A stretch of DNA of 62,695 nt, counting the filler. It is 7 parts of 7 records of this genome, joined end to end, with 100 filler letters (N's around TTAATTAATTAA, not from the genome) between each part and the next. Parts side by side here need not be neighbours in the genome. Positions count along the whole stretch, not along the records: positions 9,210 to 15,636 come from SRR31156797_25221; positions 15,737 to 25,193 come from SRR31156797_25228; 5 more parts are not named here. One strand, 5' to 3'. Both the position numbers and the translations under genes were made by a program. The notes below the pieces were generated by a model. The model was not told the DNA's origin and ran no database searches. It saw only the letters and a list, made by a program, of their open reading frames with translations. Below, in pieces: positions 10,443 to 21,000 of the stretch. Position 1 is the stretch's first letter; each line of letters begins with the position of its first letter.

Positions 10443-10982
10443 ATGCTGGAAGACACACTGCTCATTTGGAAGTTCAAGGCCGGTGACGGCGCAGCGCTGG
10501 CCCGGATCTATGACAAGTACAAGAAGCCGTTGCTGCGGATCGCCACGAGTCTGCTCGCTCGCGAGCACCAGGCCGAGGATATCGTCCACGATGTGTTCCT
10601 CTGGCTGGCCCGCTCGCCCGAGAAGGTGAAACTCCAGGGCAATCTGCGGAGCTTCCTGGCCACCTGCGTGGTCAATCGGGTGCGGAACAGTAACAAGGTG
10701 AGCCGGCGGCAGGAAGGCGACATGAATCCGGCACCGGCGGTGACTGCCAGCGACGAATCGGAACCCGAGCGGTGGCTGATTGCCAGCGAGCGGCGTACGA
10801 CGCTCAACGCGACATTGGCGCAGCTTCCTTACGAGCAGTGTGAAGTAATCGTCCTGCACTTGCAGGGCAGAATGAAGTTTCGGGAAATCGCGAAATCCCA
10901 GCATGTGTCCATCAACACCGTCCAGAGCCGATACCGTTACGGCCTGGAGAAACTGCGGTCCCTTTTGGATGGCGAGGTTTGA
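10443..10982 (+). CDS. ECF RNA polymerase sigma factor
   Basis: AEDIVHDVF (region 2); LP.EQ.EVIVL...EIA...SINTVQSRYRYGLEKLR (region 4). Start set at ATG 10443. Confidence 0.9.
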   Translation: MLEDTLLIWKFKAGDGAALARIYDKYKKPLLRIATSLLAREHQAEDIVHDVFLWLARSPEKVKLQGNLRSFLATCVVNRVRNSNKVSRRQEGDMNPAPAVTASDESEPERWLIASERRTTLNATLAQLPYEQCEVIVLHLQGRMKFREIAKSQHVSINTVQSRYRYGLEKLRSLLDGEV

Positions 10983-10983
10983 C

Positions 10984-12216
10984 ATGAAACCGGAAAGAGA
11001 TATCGAGCAATTCGTCGAGCACATTGACGTCGATACCCATGTCGGAAGGGACCGGCACGTCCTCGATACCGTGCTGCAAGCGCACGAGGACGCGCGACAA
11101 CAACGACACCCCCCTACCTGGAGAATCATTATGAAGAGCAACACCACGAAACTGGCGACGGCCGCGGTCGTCCTGATCGGAATCGGTTTGTTCGTGACGA
11201 TCCTGGATCATATGACCACGCCGGCCTGGGCCTTCGAGCAGACCCTCAACGCGCTGAAGAACGTGCGGGCCGTGTACACGACCGGACGCATGTACGATCC
11301 GTCACTAGATAGGGACACCTCCTTCGAGATTTGGGCCAAATCCCACAAAGACGACCCCACGCGATCGGGCGATTGCCGCTATTCCGAAGGGGACGATCAT
11401 CTCTGCATCGCCTCGGAAGCCGAGAATGTCACGTACGTCTATACCCGGCTTGAAAACCCGAAGCAGGCCGTGGTCTACATCACCGCAGGTCTCAATCGCG
11501 GCATATACATGTTTCCCAGTGGCAACATGCTGGCGGAGTTCAAGGCCATGGCGGAGAACTGGCAGGAGGAGATCCGCAAGGACCCTGCGACCGGTAAGTC
11601 GTATGCGTACATCACGTTCTTTGTGCCGCCTGTTAACACGGCCCAGTATTGGCTAATCCAGGTCGACGTGGAGACAAAACTGCCCGTGCGGACGGCTGTC
11701 TGGCTAAACGCGGACCGCCAGGGCCAGCCCTACTACGAGTTCACCACGTGGGAGTTCAACCCCGACATCCCGGAAGGCTGCTTCGACTTCGACATGCCGG
11801 CCAGTGCCCAGGTCGTCGACTGTCGAGAACTCAACAAGGCGCTCGCCGAGACGGCCAACCTCGGGACCTCCGTCGACGGACTCGGTCTCGAAGAGGCCTG
11901 TAAGAAAGTCGTCACCGCCTACTGGGACGCCGTGATGGCCAAGGACTGGGAGGCCGTTTCAACGTTGCGGCCCCTGGCGACAGACGCGAACCTGGACAAT
12001 CTCAAGACCGCCTGCGAATCAGTCGCCTCGGTGAGCGTCACGCGAATGAATCACCTGGGCGACCCGGGCACCTTCGTCGAGGTGCTCTGCGGCGTCACGC
12101 TTAAGGATGGCACGGCACAGCATGCCCTGCTCAATGTGGATGTCAGAGAGACAGCCACAGGCAGCATGGGCGTGGTGGCCGGCGCCGTCGGCCCCGAGCT
12201 GTATGAAGCCAACTAG
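10984..12216 (+). CDS. Putative membrane-anchored anti-sigma factor
   Basis: Starts 1 nt after the ECF stop; WRIIMKS..TKLATAAVV TM helix, AWAFEQ, LolA-like periplasmic segment. Confidence 0.75.
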   Translation: MKPERDIEQFVEHIDVDTHVGRDRHVLDTVLQAHEDARQQRHPPTWRIIMKSNTTKLATAAVVLIGIGLFVTILDHMTTPAWAFEQTLNALKNVRAVYTTGRMYDPSLDRDTSFEIWAKSHKDDPTRSGDCRYSEGDDHLCIASEAENVTYVYTRLENPKQAVVYITAGLNRGIYMFPSGNMLAEFKAMAENWQEEIRKDPATGKSYAYITFFVPPVNTAQYWLIQVDVETKLPVRTAVWLNADRQGQPYYEFTTWEFNPDIPEGCFDFDMPASAQVVDCRELNKALAETANLGTSVDGLGLEEACKKVVTAYWDAVMAKDWEAVSTLRPLATDANLDNLKTACESVASVSVTRMNHLGDPGTFVEVLCGVTLKDGTAQHALLNVDVRETATGSMGVVAGAVGPELYEAN

Positions 12217-12238
12217 GCCTGCTTCAGTAACGCATCAC

Positions 12239-12266
12239 GGCCGCCGGGGCTTCCTCGGCGGCCTTT
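12239..12266 (+). terminator. GC-rich hairpin terminator
   Basis: GGCCGCCGGGG-ctt-CCTCGGCGGCC then TTT. Confidence 0.6.
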
Positions 12267-12296
12267 CTCCTGCGCCGAATCTGAATCACGTGGTCC

Positions 12297-14252
12297 TTGC
12301 CCTTACCCCGCCCCTGGACTAAGCTACTGGCACTGTTTACGGGGTGTAATCGCTTGAGAGAAGGACGCCGCACAATCGCATTCGGACTCGTCGGGGCACT
12401 TGCCCTCTATGCCAGTTGCGCGGTGCGCTTCACCGACAAGAAGGCTTCCTCGGGATCGGGCTGGCTGGCGCCGGTGGACATCTGTACCTCGGAGAGTAAC
12501 GAGTCAATATTGGTCCTCGGATCGGAGGGCCGATGCATCCTCATTTTTGACGTGACGTCGATGCACCTGCGCGAGGTGATCGATCTGTCGGCGCCCGGCA
12601 GCGGACTGGCCGTCCATGAACAAACGCTCTATGTGTCAACGCGCGAACCGGCCGGCCGGGTACTCGCGCTGGATCTCCGGGCCGGCACGCTGAAGCAGTG
12701 GCGCGTGGGCCACACGCCCATGGCGCCGACCGTCAGCCCGGACGGGCGCGTGCTTTGTGTCGCGAATCGCTTCGATCATACGGTCAACCTCATCAACCTG
12801 GCGACGAATGCGATGCGCACCGTCGACGTGGTACGCGAACCGGTTGCGCTGGTGCTGAGTAATGACGCCAAGCAACTCTTCGTCGCCAATCACCTGCCCG
12901 AAGTCAGACCGTTCCTGGACGATGAGAACCCCTATATCGGCGCCGAGGTTTCCGTGCTCGATGTTGAGCAAGGCCGGCTCATTCGCAGAATCCAACTGCC
13001 CAACGGCAGCCAGGGACTGCGCGGGATTGCGCTTTCGCCGGACGGGCGATACGTGGTAGCGACTCACGTTCTCAGCCACTGGACCATCCCGCCCACACGG
13101 ATTGACAAGGGCGCGATGAATATGAACGCCCTGTCGCTGCTCGACGCCGAGGCGCTCGAATGGGTCGAAACAATCATCCTGGACGATCCGGAGCGCGGCG
13201 CGGCCAATCCGTGGGCCGTGACGTTTTCGGGTGATGGAAGCCAACTCCTTGTCACCCATGCCGGCACGCACGAACTGAGTGTGATCGACTTCGCAGCGCT
13301 ATGCGAACGCGTACGATCGCGCGGCGGCGCTACGGGTCTCTATGATGCGAGCGACCTGAACTGGATGGCGGGCATCCGCCGGCGCGTGCCTCTTGCCATC
13401 AACGGCCCTCGCGCTTTACTCGAACACAATGGCAAGATCTATGTCCCAGGGTATTTCTCCGATGAACTGGCCATAATCGACCTCGACCAGGTCGAATCAT
13501 CGGCACGACTCGTTGCCTTATCGAGAGCATCACGGCCCGCGCGGACCCGGCTGGGCGAGCAGTACTTCAACGACGCCACGCTCTGCCTCCAGCACTGGCA
13601 GAGTTGCGCCAGTTGCCATCCGGACGGACGCAGTGACACGCTCTACTGGGACCTCGCCAACGATGGCCTGGCCAACACCAAGAACACCAAGAGCCTGCTC
13701 ATGTCGGCGCTGACACCGCCGGTGATGTGGCGTGGCGTCCGCGCCGACGCCGCGACGGCCGTGCGGGCGGGTATTCACCATATCCAGTTCGCCGAGCCGC
13801 GACCCGAGCAAGCCCAGGCCATCGACGCCTACTTGCTGCACATGAAAGCGGTGCCGGGCCCGGGCGTGAATGCCGACGTCTTGGAGAGCCCCAAGACCGA
13901 GCAAGCCAGTTGTGTCAAGTGTCACTACCCAGGCGTCGCCCGCGGCACGCTAACGGACGCCGCACGGCGTGGGAAGACAACCTTCGAGGGCAAAGCCGGC
14001 TGCGCCGCCTGCCATCCACACCCGACGTTCACTTCGATGGAGAAGGTCGATCCGGGATTAGGGGCAGGCGTCTTGTACGACGTGCCGTCTCTGATCGAAG
14101 TGTGGCGCACCGCACCGTATCTGCACAGTGGCGACGCGCTGACCTTGCGCGAGGCGATCACGGACTTCAACTGGATGCAAAAACGCGGCCGGACCAAAGA
14201 CCTCAGCGAACAAGAACTCGACGACCTGATCGCCTACCTCCAATCGCTTTGA
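12297..14252 (+). CDS. YVTN/YncE beta-propeller fused to a cytochrome c peroxidase-like domain, three CxxCH
   Basis: Propeller blades (SPDG..L.VAN, ANPWAV); CASCH, CVKCH, CAACH; VPSL..VWRTAPYLH.G. Start codon uncertain. Confidence 0.8.
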   Translation: MPLPRPWTKLLALFTGCNRLREGRRTIAFGLVGALALYASCAVRFTDKKASSGSGWLAPVDICTSESNESILVLGSEGRCILIFDVTSMHLREVIDLSAPGSGLAVHEQTLYVSTREPAGRVLALDLRAGTLKQWRVGHTPMAPTVSPDGRVLCVANRFDHTVNLINLATNAMRTVDVVREPVALVLSNDAKQLFVANHLPEVRPFLDDENPYIGAEVSVLDVEQGRLIRRIQLPNGSQGLRGIALSPDGRYVVATHVLSHWTIPPTRIDKGAMNMNALSLLDAEALEWVETIILDDPERGAANPWAVTFSGDGSQLLVTHAGTHELSVIDFAALCERVRSRGGATGLYDASDLNWMAGIRRRVPLAINGPRALLEHNGKIYVPGYFSDELAIIDLDQVESSARLVALSRASRPARTRLGEQYFNDATLCLQHWQSCASCHPDGRSDTLYWDLANDGLANTKNTKSLLMSALTPPVMWRGVRADAATAVRAGIHHIQFAEPRPEQAQAIDAYLLHMKAVPGPGVNADVLESPKTEQASCVKCHYPGVARGTLTDAARRGKTTFEGKAGCAACHPHPTFTSMEKVDPGLGAGVLYDVPSLIEVWRTAPYLHSGDALTLREAITDFNWMQKRGRTKDLSEQELDDLIAYLQSL

Positions 14253-14259
14253 GTGGCCG

Positions 14260-15636
14260 TCAGTTCAAGTTCACGTTGAGTGGCTTGGCGTCTGTCGCAT
14301 CGGGCTTCAGACCGGAGGTCGACCAAGCGTCGGGCTTGTCCCGACCCACCTTGACCGTGTAAGTCCCGGGGCCGTAGACATGCGGGCGGAAGCGCGAGCC
14401 CTGGACGCGCCGCGTGTACAGGATGTCACCATCGGCCTCGCTGATCACCTGCACCACCGGGTTGGACGCACCGCGAACCTGCACGTCAGGCAGATGACCG
14501 AACACCTTGCGGCCATCGTTGTCTTCCATCTTGAAGGCAAGAGGCCAGCCGGGATACTGGGCCGCGTCACCGTCAGCCAAATCGGCATAGCGGGGCCAGC
14601 ATTCGAATGTGGTCTCGCGCGTCCGCTTGTTGAAGCGAACCAGGCCATACCCGTCAGCCAGGAACGCCTCAGGATTGCGCTGGTTCTGCCGCATCGCCTG
14701 CATCTTTTCGTAGGCGGGATTCGCATAGGCGACCATAGTGATCTTGTTGTATAAGCCATCAAGGTAGTCGCCCGTCCAGGGCAGCGGACTTCCAGGAATC
14801 GGGTTGCCGCCGGCCTGCTCGTCCTCGGGCCACCACCAGCGCCCGTAATAGCTGTTGATGATGGCGGGATTGGTGAAGCCATAGGGACCATCCCGGAAAC
14901 TGTCGATGCCGTGCTTGACGACCACCGTCAGGTGCTGATCGCCGCAGAGGTGGCAGGCCAGCGCCCGGCGGATGGCCTCCAGGGCCTTGCGTCGCCCGGT
15001 CTGGGGCCAGCCGTTGCAGTCCAGATCGGCCAGCAAACGATTCTCTTTGGATCCATGCATATGCACGGCCCCGCAGAAGGCGGTCTGCGAGAGCACGGCC
15101 TTCATTTCAGTGCCGGTCCAGTCCTGGGCCCAAGCGTTGAGGAAGGCCAATTGGCGGTCACCCAATAGTTTGAGTTCGGGCAAATCGATTTTCTTGGGAT
15201 CGTAGCCGGGCTCACGGATATGGTCCGGGCGCGGGCCCATCCGGGGGATCTTGCCCTTCGGTCCGCTCTTAAACTTGCGGTCCTCAAGGACGGCGAAATC
15301 CACGCCCCCGACGCGCAGCCGGGTGAAGTAAACCTGGATGTCCTGGGCGACCGGCGCCGGGTCAGGGGAATCGGGCAGGTGCCAGGTCTGGGCGCGGTTG
15401 ACCATGCGAATGTACTCGGGCGGGTAGAAATAGCCGCCGGAAGAACCGTCCGTGGCATCGGCCACGATGCCGCCCTCGCCCCAGACGTTGCCCTGTCCGA
15501 TATCGTGATCGTCGGGGATGGCCACCACGGGGCGGTCCTTGATGATCTCCCGAAAATGATGCCCCCACAGCAACCAGGCGGCGGTGTGCTCCTTGTGATC
15601 GTAGCTCTGGTCGCCCGCAAAAAAGAGCAGGTCGGG
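14260..15636 (-). CDS. PhoD-like metallophosphoesterase (5' end lost at contig edge)
   Basis: Frame open to the spacer: FFAGDQSY, IPDDHD, EDRKFK, GDQH. Confidence 0.78.
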   Translation of the reverse strand, partial: PDLLFFAGDQSYDHKEHTAAWLLWGHHFREIIKDRPVVAIPDDHDIGQGNVWGEGGIVADATDGSSGGYFYPPEYIRMVNRAQTWHLPDSPDPAPVAQDIQVYFTRLRVGGVDFAVLEDRKFKSGPKGKIPRMGPRPDHIREPGYDPKKIDLPELKLLGDRQLAFLNAWAQDWTGTEMKAVLSQTAFCGAVHMHGSKENRLLADLDCNGWPQTGRRKALEAIRRALACHLCGDQHLTVVVKHGIDSFRDGPYGFTNPAIINSYYGRWWWPEDEQAGGNPIPGSPLPWTGDYLDGLYNKITMVAYANPAYEKMQAMRQNQRNPEAFLADGYGLVRFNKRTRETTFECWPRYADLADGDAAQYPGWPLAFKMEDNDGRKVFGHLPDVQVRGASNPVVQVISEADGDILYTRRVQGSRFRPHVYGPGTYTVKVGRDKPDAWSTSGLKPDATDAKPLNVNLN

Positions 15637-15736
15637 NNNNNNNNNNNNNNNNNNNNNNNNNNNNNNNNNNNNNNNNNNNNTTAATTAATTAANNNNNNNN
15701 NNNNNNNNNNNNNNNNNNNNNNNNNNNNNNNNNNNN
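15637..15736. other. Artificial contig spacer
   Basis: Same N/TTAATTAATTAA/N linker. Confidence 0.98.
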
Positions 15737-15757
15737 ACATAATCATTATATTTGAAA
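15737..15757 (+). repeat. 21-bp terminal direct repeat of contig 3, left copy
   Basis: ACATAATCATTATATTTGAAA, identical to 25173-25193. Confidence 0.95.
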
Positions 15758-15809
15758 CTGTCAGAAAGATTTCTTGTCACAAACAACACAATAAGCTAGA
15801 AAATAACCA

Positions 15810-15838
15810 TTGACACCTGTCACGTTACAGGTTATTTT
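15810..15838 (+). promoter_or_regulatory. sigma70 promoter of higBA with a palindromic operator in the spacer
   Basis: TTGACA-17 bp-TATTTT. Spacer holds CCTGTCACGTTACAGG (14/16 palindromic). ATG is 5 nt after the -10 box with no SD. Confidence 0.75.
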
Positions 15839-15843
15839 TATTT

Positions 15844-16122
15844 ATGATAGTCAGCTTTAAACATAAAGGACTTGAGAAATTCTATAAGATCGGCAGCAAG
15901 GCTGGCATTAACGCTAACCATGTAAAAAGGCTCAGTGCAATACTTGCGAGACTTGACGTAGCTTCAGTACCTGATGATATGGATTTACCAGGGCTGTTTC
16001 TGCACAAGCTGACGGGTAACCTTGAAGGATTTTATGCTGTAACAGTTTCGGGTAATTGGAGAGTTACGTTTAAGTTCGAAGATGGCAATGTCCGTGTTGT
16101 TGACTATCTGGACTATCACTAG
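15844..16122 (+). CDS. higB: HigB toxin (RelE/ParE superfamily)
   Basis: MIVSFKHKGLEKFY...LHKLTG.L.G..AVTVSGNWRVTF.F...VDYLDYH. Confidence 0.93.
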   Translation: MIVSFKHKGLEKFYKIGSKAGINANHVKRLSAILARLDVASVPDDMDLPGLFLHKLTGNLEGFYAVTVSGNWRVTFKFEDGNVRVVDYLDYH

Positions 16123-16181
16123 CCAAAGGCTGAACGAGTCCACAACAATAATTGGCGAGTACTAAATCATCGGAGGTAACT

Positions 16182-16469
16182 ATGAGTATGTTTAACCCGC
16201 CCCACCCAGGCGAAGTGATAAGAGAGCTTTGTATTGATCCTTTAGAACTCAGCGTTACAGATGCAGCCAAGGGACTAGGTGTCAGCAGAAAGGCTCTGTC
16301 TGAGCTTTTAAATGGTAAATCAGGCATATCTCCGCTTATGGCAATCAGGCTCTCAAAAGGGTTCGGCGGTACACCGGAAAGCTGGCTGAAACAACAGGTA
16401 GCCTATGACCTCTGGAAAGCACAAAAGGATGCTGACAATATCAAAGTCATTAATTTCAGAGCATCATAA
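16182..16469 (+). CDS. higA: HigA antitoxin (HTH)
   Basis: [11 protein letters not shown]...AA..LGVSR..LS..LNG..GISP.MAIRL...WL..Q..YDL; SD GGAGG before ATG 16182. Confidence 0.93.
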   Translation: MSMFNPPHPGEVIRELCIDPLELSVTDAAKGLGVSRKALSELLNGKSGISPLMAIRLSKGFGGTPESWLKQQVAYDLWKAQKDADNIKVINFRAS

Positions 16470-16568
16470 GCTTTCTTTCTCGTTTAGATACGTAGGCATC
16501 AAGTGTCGCTTTCTAATAAGTTAGAAAGTAACATAACTATATTTTTAGTTACTTTTTATAACTCAGAA

Positions 16569-16594
16569 GTCTCTACAAAACCAGGGGCGATTCA
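16569..16594 (-). repeat. Right terminal inverted repeat, IS3-family-like
   Basis: Reverse complement TGAATCGCCCCTGGTTTTGTAGAGAC; its TGA is the stop of the truncated 7TM-DISM frame. Confidence 0.82.
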
Positions 16595-17650
16595 GAACGC
16601 CATTATAAACAGCTTGCCTTCAGGAGCTTTCCGAATGGTCAGCACTATTGCCATACCCAGCAGCAACAGAATGAATACGGGACCGTTCAGCCATAGAAAT
16701 CTGGCGAAATAGCTGTAGTAACAGGTTGTAACTGTGAAACTGCCAGCTATACCAACTGAGGCTAGTATCAAAAAGTATTTATGTATTAAAGGAAATTTAC
16801 TCCTTGTCCTGAAAAGTTTTACAGCAAACAGTGCAAACATCGTATACGCCAGAATTGTCGCCACACCAACAAGGATATCCGAAAGCACGTGATACCACTC
16901 AGGGATAACAATAAACCCAAAACCTTGTATAGTCAGCCTGTTCAAAGCCATCAGCAGGAGGTATGCGGCATAATACCCGTACGAAAGATCCCTCATCCTT
17001 ATGGCTGAAAAAGCATTTATCACAAACAGCGAAAATATGATCATCATAATAGCTACATGTGTGAAAGTATATTTTGCCGTATCAGCTATAAGCTTTTCAT
17101 TGCTGATTATGCTCCCTTCAAATGTGTGCACGCTATTGGTGTGTATCCTCACATAAACATTTATCAGTGCCAAACTGCTATCCAAACGAGTTACCATGAG
17201 TGGGTGTGGAGTTTCCCTTTCGGAAATGGGGGTGTGGTCTCCCAGTTCAGACTTCTCATATGAGGCCGCTGAAAAAGGATCTTTACCCTGCTGTATATAG
17301 ACGGTCAGTTCATTCATTACAGGGTTGGTTATCAATATATATATCTGCTCTTTATGGTCGGGCGAGGTCTTAACCTGAAAGTGTATCCAGCTTGTTTTCT
17401 CTGTATATGAGCGATTTAAACCGCTCGGTATCTTTTTGAACCGCTCGTGATTCTCAGAAGTGAGTACATCGGTTAAAGTCAGCTCCCCTTGGTTGTCTGA
17501 AAACATTTCAAAATGACCTGAGAGAGGATATTTATCACTGCCGTTCAGCTAGACAACCTTTATGTCGTCAGCATATGCAACTGATGCGTTTGTGAAAACG
17601 AACACCATCAACAATATAAAAAGTATATTATTAACCAGTTTGCCGCTCAT
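16592..17650 (-). pseudogene. 7TM-DISM sensor pseudogene
   Basis: Signal peptide from ATG 17650; in-frame TAG at codon 34 (17549-17551); 7TMR-DISMED2-like and TM segments; cut at the inverted repeat before any output domain. Confidence 0.8.
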
Positions 17651-18063
17651 AAAAAACTCCTGATAATTACTTTTATACCTTAGAAGTGCCTATAAAACTA
17701 GGGATAACTCCTCTTTTGTAGTTTGTTTGGTTTATCTGGATGTCCACTAAAATCAGTATGGACCGCTTCTTCAAAAAACTGCTGCCAAAGTCGATACGCA
17801 ATTCATCAACAAAATTCACATATAGATTAATCCGATTAACTAAAAAAAATATTAAAAACTAACTTGCAAAATTTAAATAAAGTAATTAGCATTATGTCGA
17901 TACTAGTTTGTTATTTTATTGTGCGGCTTATTTTTATATTTCTAAATTCATAAAAGGTTTTCTTTTGCCTCAAACTAGTTGGTCGGCAATCCATAGTTTT
18001 GCATCCAAAGCTATGCTTGCGTAATATTATTCACATATTGATTATCATTGCGAGGAGACACAT

Positions 18064-21000
18064 ATGAAAAGACTAAATCCATTCTGGATTATCAGAAAGG
18101 GGCTGACCTTTATGGTAGCAGCCTCTGTGTTGCTGTCTGCATCTGTATCAGAAGCAGGACCGGCAGGGGGAGTGGTAACAGGTGGTAACGCAACCATCAC
18201 ACAGACCACGGAAACAACAACAATCAACCAATACAGCCAGAATGCTGCTATCAACTGGCAGTCATTCAACATCAACAGTGGCGAAACAGTTAACTTTAAC
18301 CAGCCAAATGTTCAGTCGATCACACTGAACAGGGTGGTGGGCAACGAAGGATCTGTGATAGACGGAGCACTGAACGCCAACGGGCAGGTTTTCCTGCTGA
18401 ACTCCAATGGAGTACTGTTTGGCAAAAATGCATCGATCAACACATCCGGGCTAGTCGCCACCACAATGAGCCTCAGCGATGAGGACTTTATGGCTGAGAA
18501 TTACAGCTTTAGTGATGCATCCGATGCATCCATCATCAACATGGGAACGATCAGCATAGCCGATGCTGGGTACGCTGCACTGCTAGGATCTGACGTGCAA
18601 AACTCTGGTAAAATCAGCGCCGTAAAAGGGAAGATATACATGACAGGCGCAGACTCTGCCACCATCAATCTGAACGGCAACTCTCTGGTCAGTCTGACAG
18701 TGGACAAGAGCACTGTAGATTCCTTGGTGCAGAACAGCGGTGCTGTGATCGCCAACGGAGGGGACATATACCTAACCACATCTTCAGCAGAGGACTTGGT
18801 AGCTGGCGTTGTGAACAACACAGGGCTGGTACAGGCAGAGAGCATCGGTGACCTGACAGGTAATGTTATCATATATGCCCACGGAGGCGCAGCCGAGATA
18901 GGCGGCACCATAACCACTGGGTCAGGAGAAGGATTTGTCGAAACATCCGGGGCAAACATGACCATCGCAGAGGGTGCCAGCGTCACAACAGGTCACTGGC
19001 TGATAGACCCTACGGACATAACCATCGACTCTGCCGCAGCAGACACACTTGAGTCTCAGTTGTCGAGCGGCGATGCAAGCTTAGAGGCGGATGAAACTAT
19101 CACTGTAGATGCAGACATAGATGTAGATGCAAACACGCTGACACTGACTGCCGGCACAGACATCACAGTAAACAGCACAATAAACGTAAACAACTCTGCT
19201 GAGATCGACTTCGAGTATGGCGGCGACCTGACAGTTACACTGGACAGCGGCACCGTCAACCTGAACGACTCCAGCACACTAACAATAAACAGCACAGCAT
19301 ATACTGTGATCAGAGACTATGCTGGCTGGTCAGCCATGAACAGCGGACTGAGCGGCAGCTATGCCCTTGGCGCAGACCTCGACCTAACAGGTGAATCCTA
19401 TACCGTGATAGGCACCAGCGGGTCAAAATTCACTGGCACATTCAACGGCCTGGGACATACAGTCTCCAACCTGAATATCAATACAGCAGACTCAGAGGTA
19501 GGTCTCTTTGGCTATGCCTATAACGCAAACCTGAGCAACCTACTAGTAACAAATGCCAGCGTCATAACAAGCGGCACATCAGCAGGAATACTTGCCGGAT
19601 ATATAGAAGGTACCAGCGTATCCAACGTAGGCGTCTCAGGTGACGTTGAAGGATCTATGTTTATAGGCGGTTTAATCGGCGACATGGAGGCAGGTTCCAG
19701 CGTTACAGGCAGCTATTCATCAGGAACTTCTACTGGTACATCAACATCAGGCATCGCCCCTGTAGGTGGGTTGATCGGTTGGATATACTCCGAAGCCGCA
19801 GATGTTTCTGTTTCTGACAGTTATTCATCTGCCACAGTCTCTGGATTAGCAGACCAAGCTGGCGGACTGATAGGATATGCTCAATACACCACAATTACAG
19901 ATAGCTATGCAACAGGAGACGTAAGCAGCGATCGCTTTGTCGGAGGTCTCGTTGGCGGTATGGGTGGACAATCTAGCGTGAGCGGCAGTTATGCCACAGG
20001 CGCAATAGTAGCTACTGGCGCTTTTGCTGGTGGACTAATTGGTAAATTATATGAAGCAAACAGCCTTACCAACAGCTACGCAACAGGAAACGTAACCGGC
20101 GGAGGAAACTATACCGGCGGTCTGCTCGGTTCTGTAGATACTTCTACGGTAACAAATACATATGCCACAGGTAATGTAACCTCTACAGCCTCTGCTGTTG
20201 GAGGACTTATTGGTGGAACACAAGGTTCTACGAGTAACATTTCAGGCAGCTATGCCACAGGTACAGTAAGCGGTGTCAGTTATGTAGGAGGGCTGTTCGG
20301 TATACTTTCAGCCAGTTCAGCATTATCCGACAGCTACTCCGCTGGTAATGTGACAGGCACAGGAAACTACACAGGCGGACTGACAGGATATACATCAAGC
20401 AGCACCAGCATTACAGACAGCTACACCAACGGTGATGTAGACGGTAACGACTATGTTGGTTCACTCACAGGATATCTGAATGGCGGAACCATCACAAACA
20501 GCTATGCACTCGGTGCTGTCTCTGGATCAAGTAACGTAGGCGGACTGCTTTATTACAACAGCGGTACAGTGACAGACAGCTACTTTAGCTCTGACACCAA
20601 CCCAGCAATGGCAGAAGACACATATAACGTAGCTGCTACAGAGTCCGAAATATTGATCGCGGTGCATGACAACTGGGACTCTGGTACATGGACAGATGCA
20701 AACACCAACATGGGTGTTCCTCTGCTCCAGTGGCAGAATATCACAGAAATATCACTCGATACGGATGGCACCTATACATATGGTACAGGATACGGTGCCT
20801 CAGACTTTCTGTCTGATGTGGCGGACTACAGCGACTACAGCTATATCGTAACAGATGCCTCCGACAACGATGTCACAGCATATGCCGAGGCTGGTACACT
20901 CGGCGCAGGCACATACACTGTGTCGCTGCTGGTAAAAGGCGAGTATAATGTAACAAATAACGGATCCAGCTTTACGATAGACAAAAAAAATCTGGACTAT

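Larger units (their letters stand above)
15737..16594 (+). mobile_element. Main part of a ~902-bp non-autonomous IS3-like element carrying higBA (continues from 25129-25193)
   Basis: Right inverted repeat at 16569-16594 matches the left one at 25129-25154 in 21/26 positions; TG...CA ends; no transposase inside. Confidence 0.8.

Noticed and set aside
12297-14252. Hydrazine synthase or anammox gene
   Set aside because: Propeller plus heme architecture is generic and no other hzs-like genes are adjacent.
9300-15684. Many overlapping ORFs in the GC-rich contig (also 26229-31983 and 50674-56532)
   Set aside because: Shadow frames of well-supported genes with no motifs of their own.
17549-17551. 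In-frame TAG as pyrrolysine or recoding
   Set aside because: The gene is also truncated, the position is non-catalytic, and higB on the same contig uses TAG as its stop.
17900-18020. Possible c-di-GMP riboswitch upstream of tpsA
   Set aside because: Only short hairpins and a partial GCAAA...TTGCC resemblance on the minus strand; the full two-stem consensus is absent.
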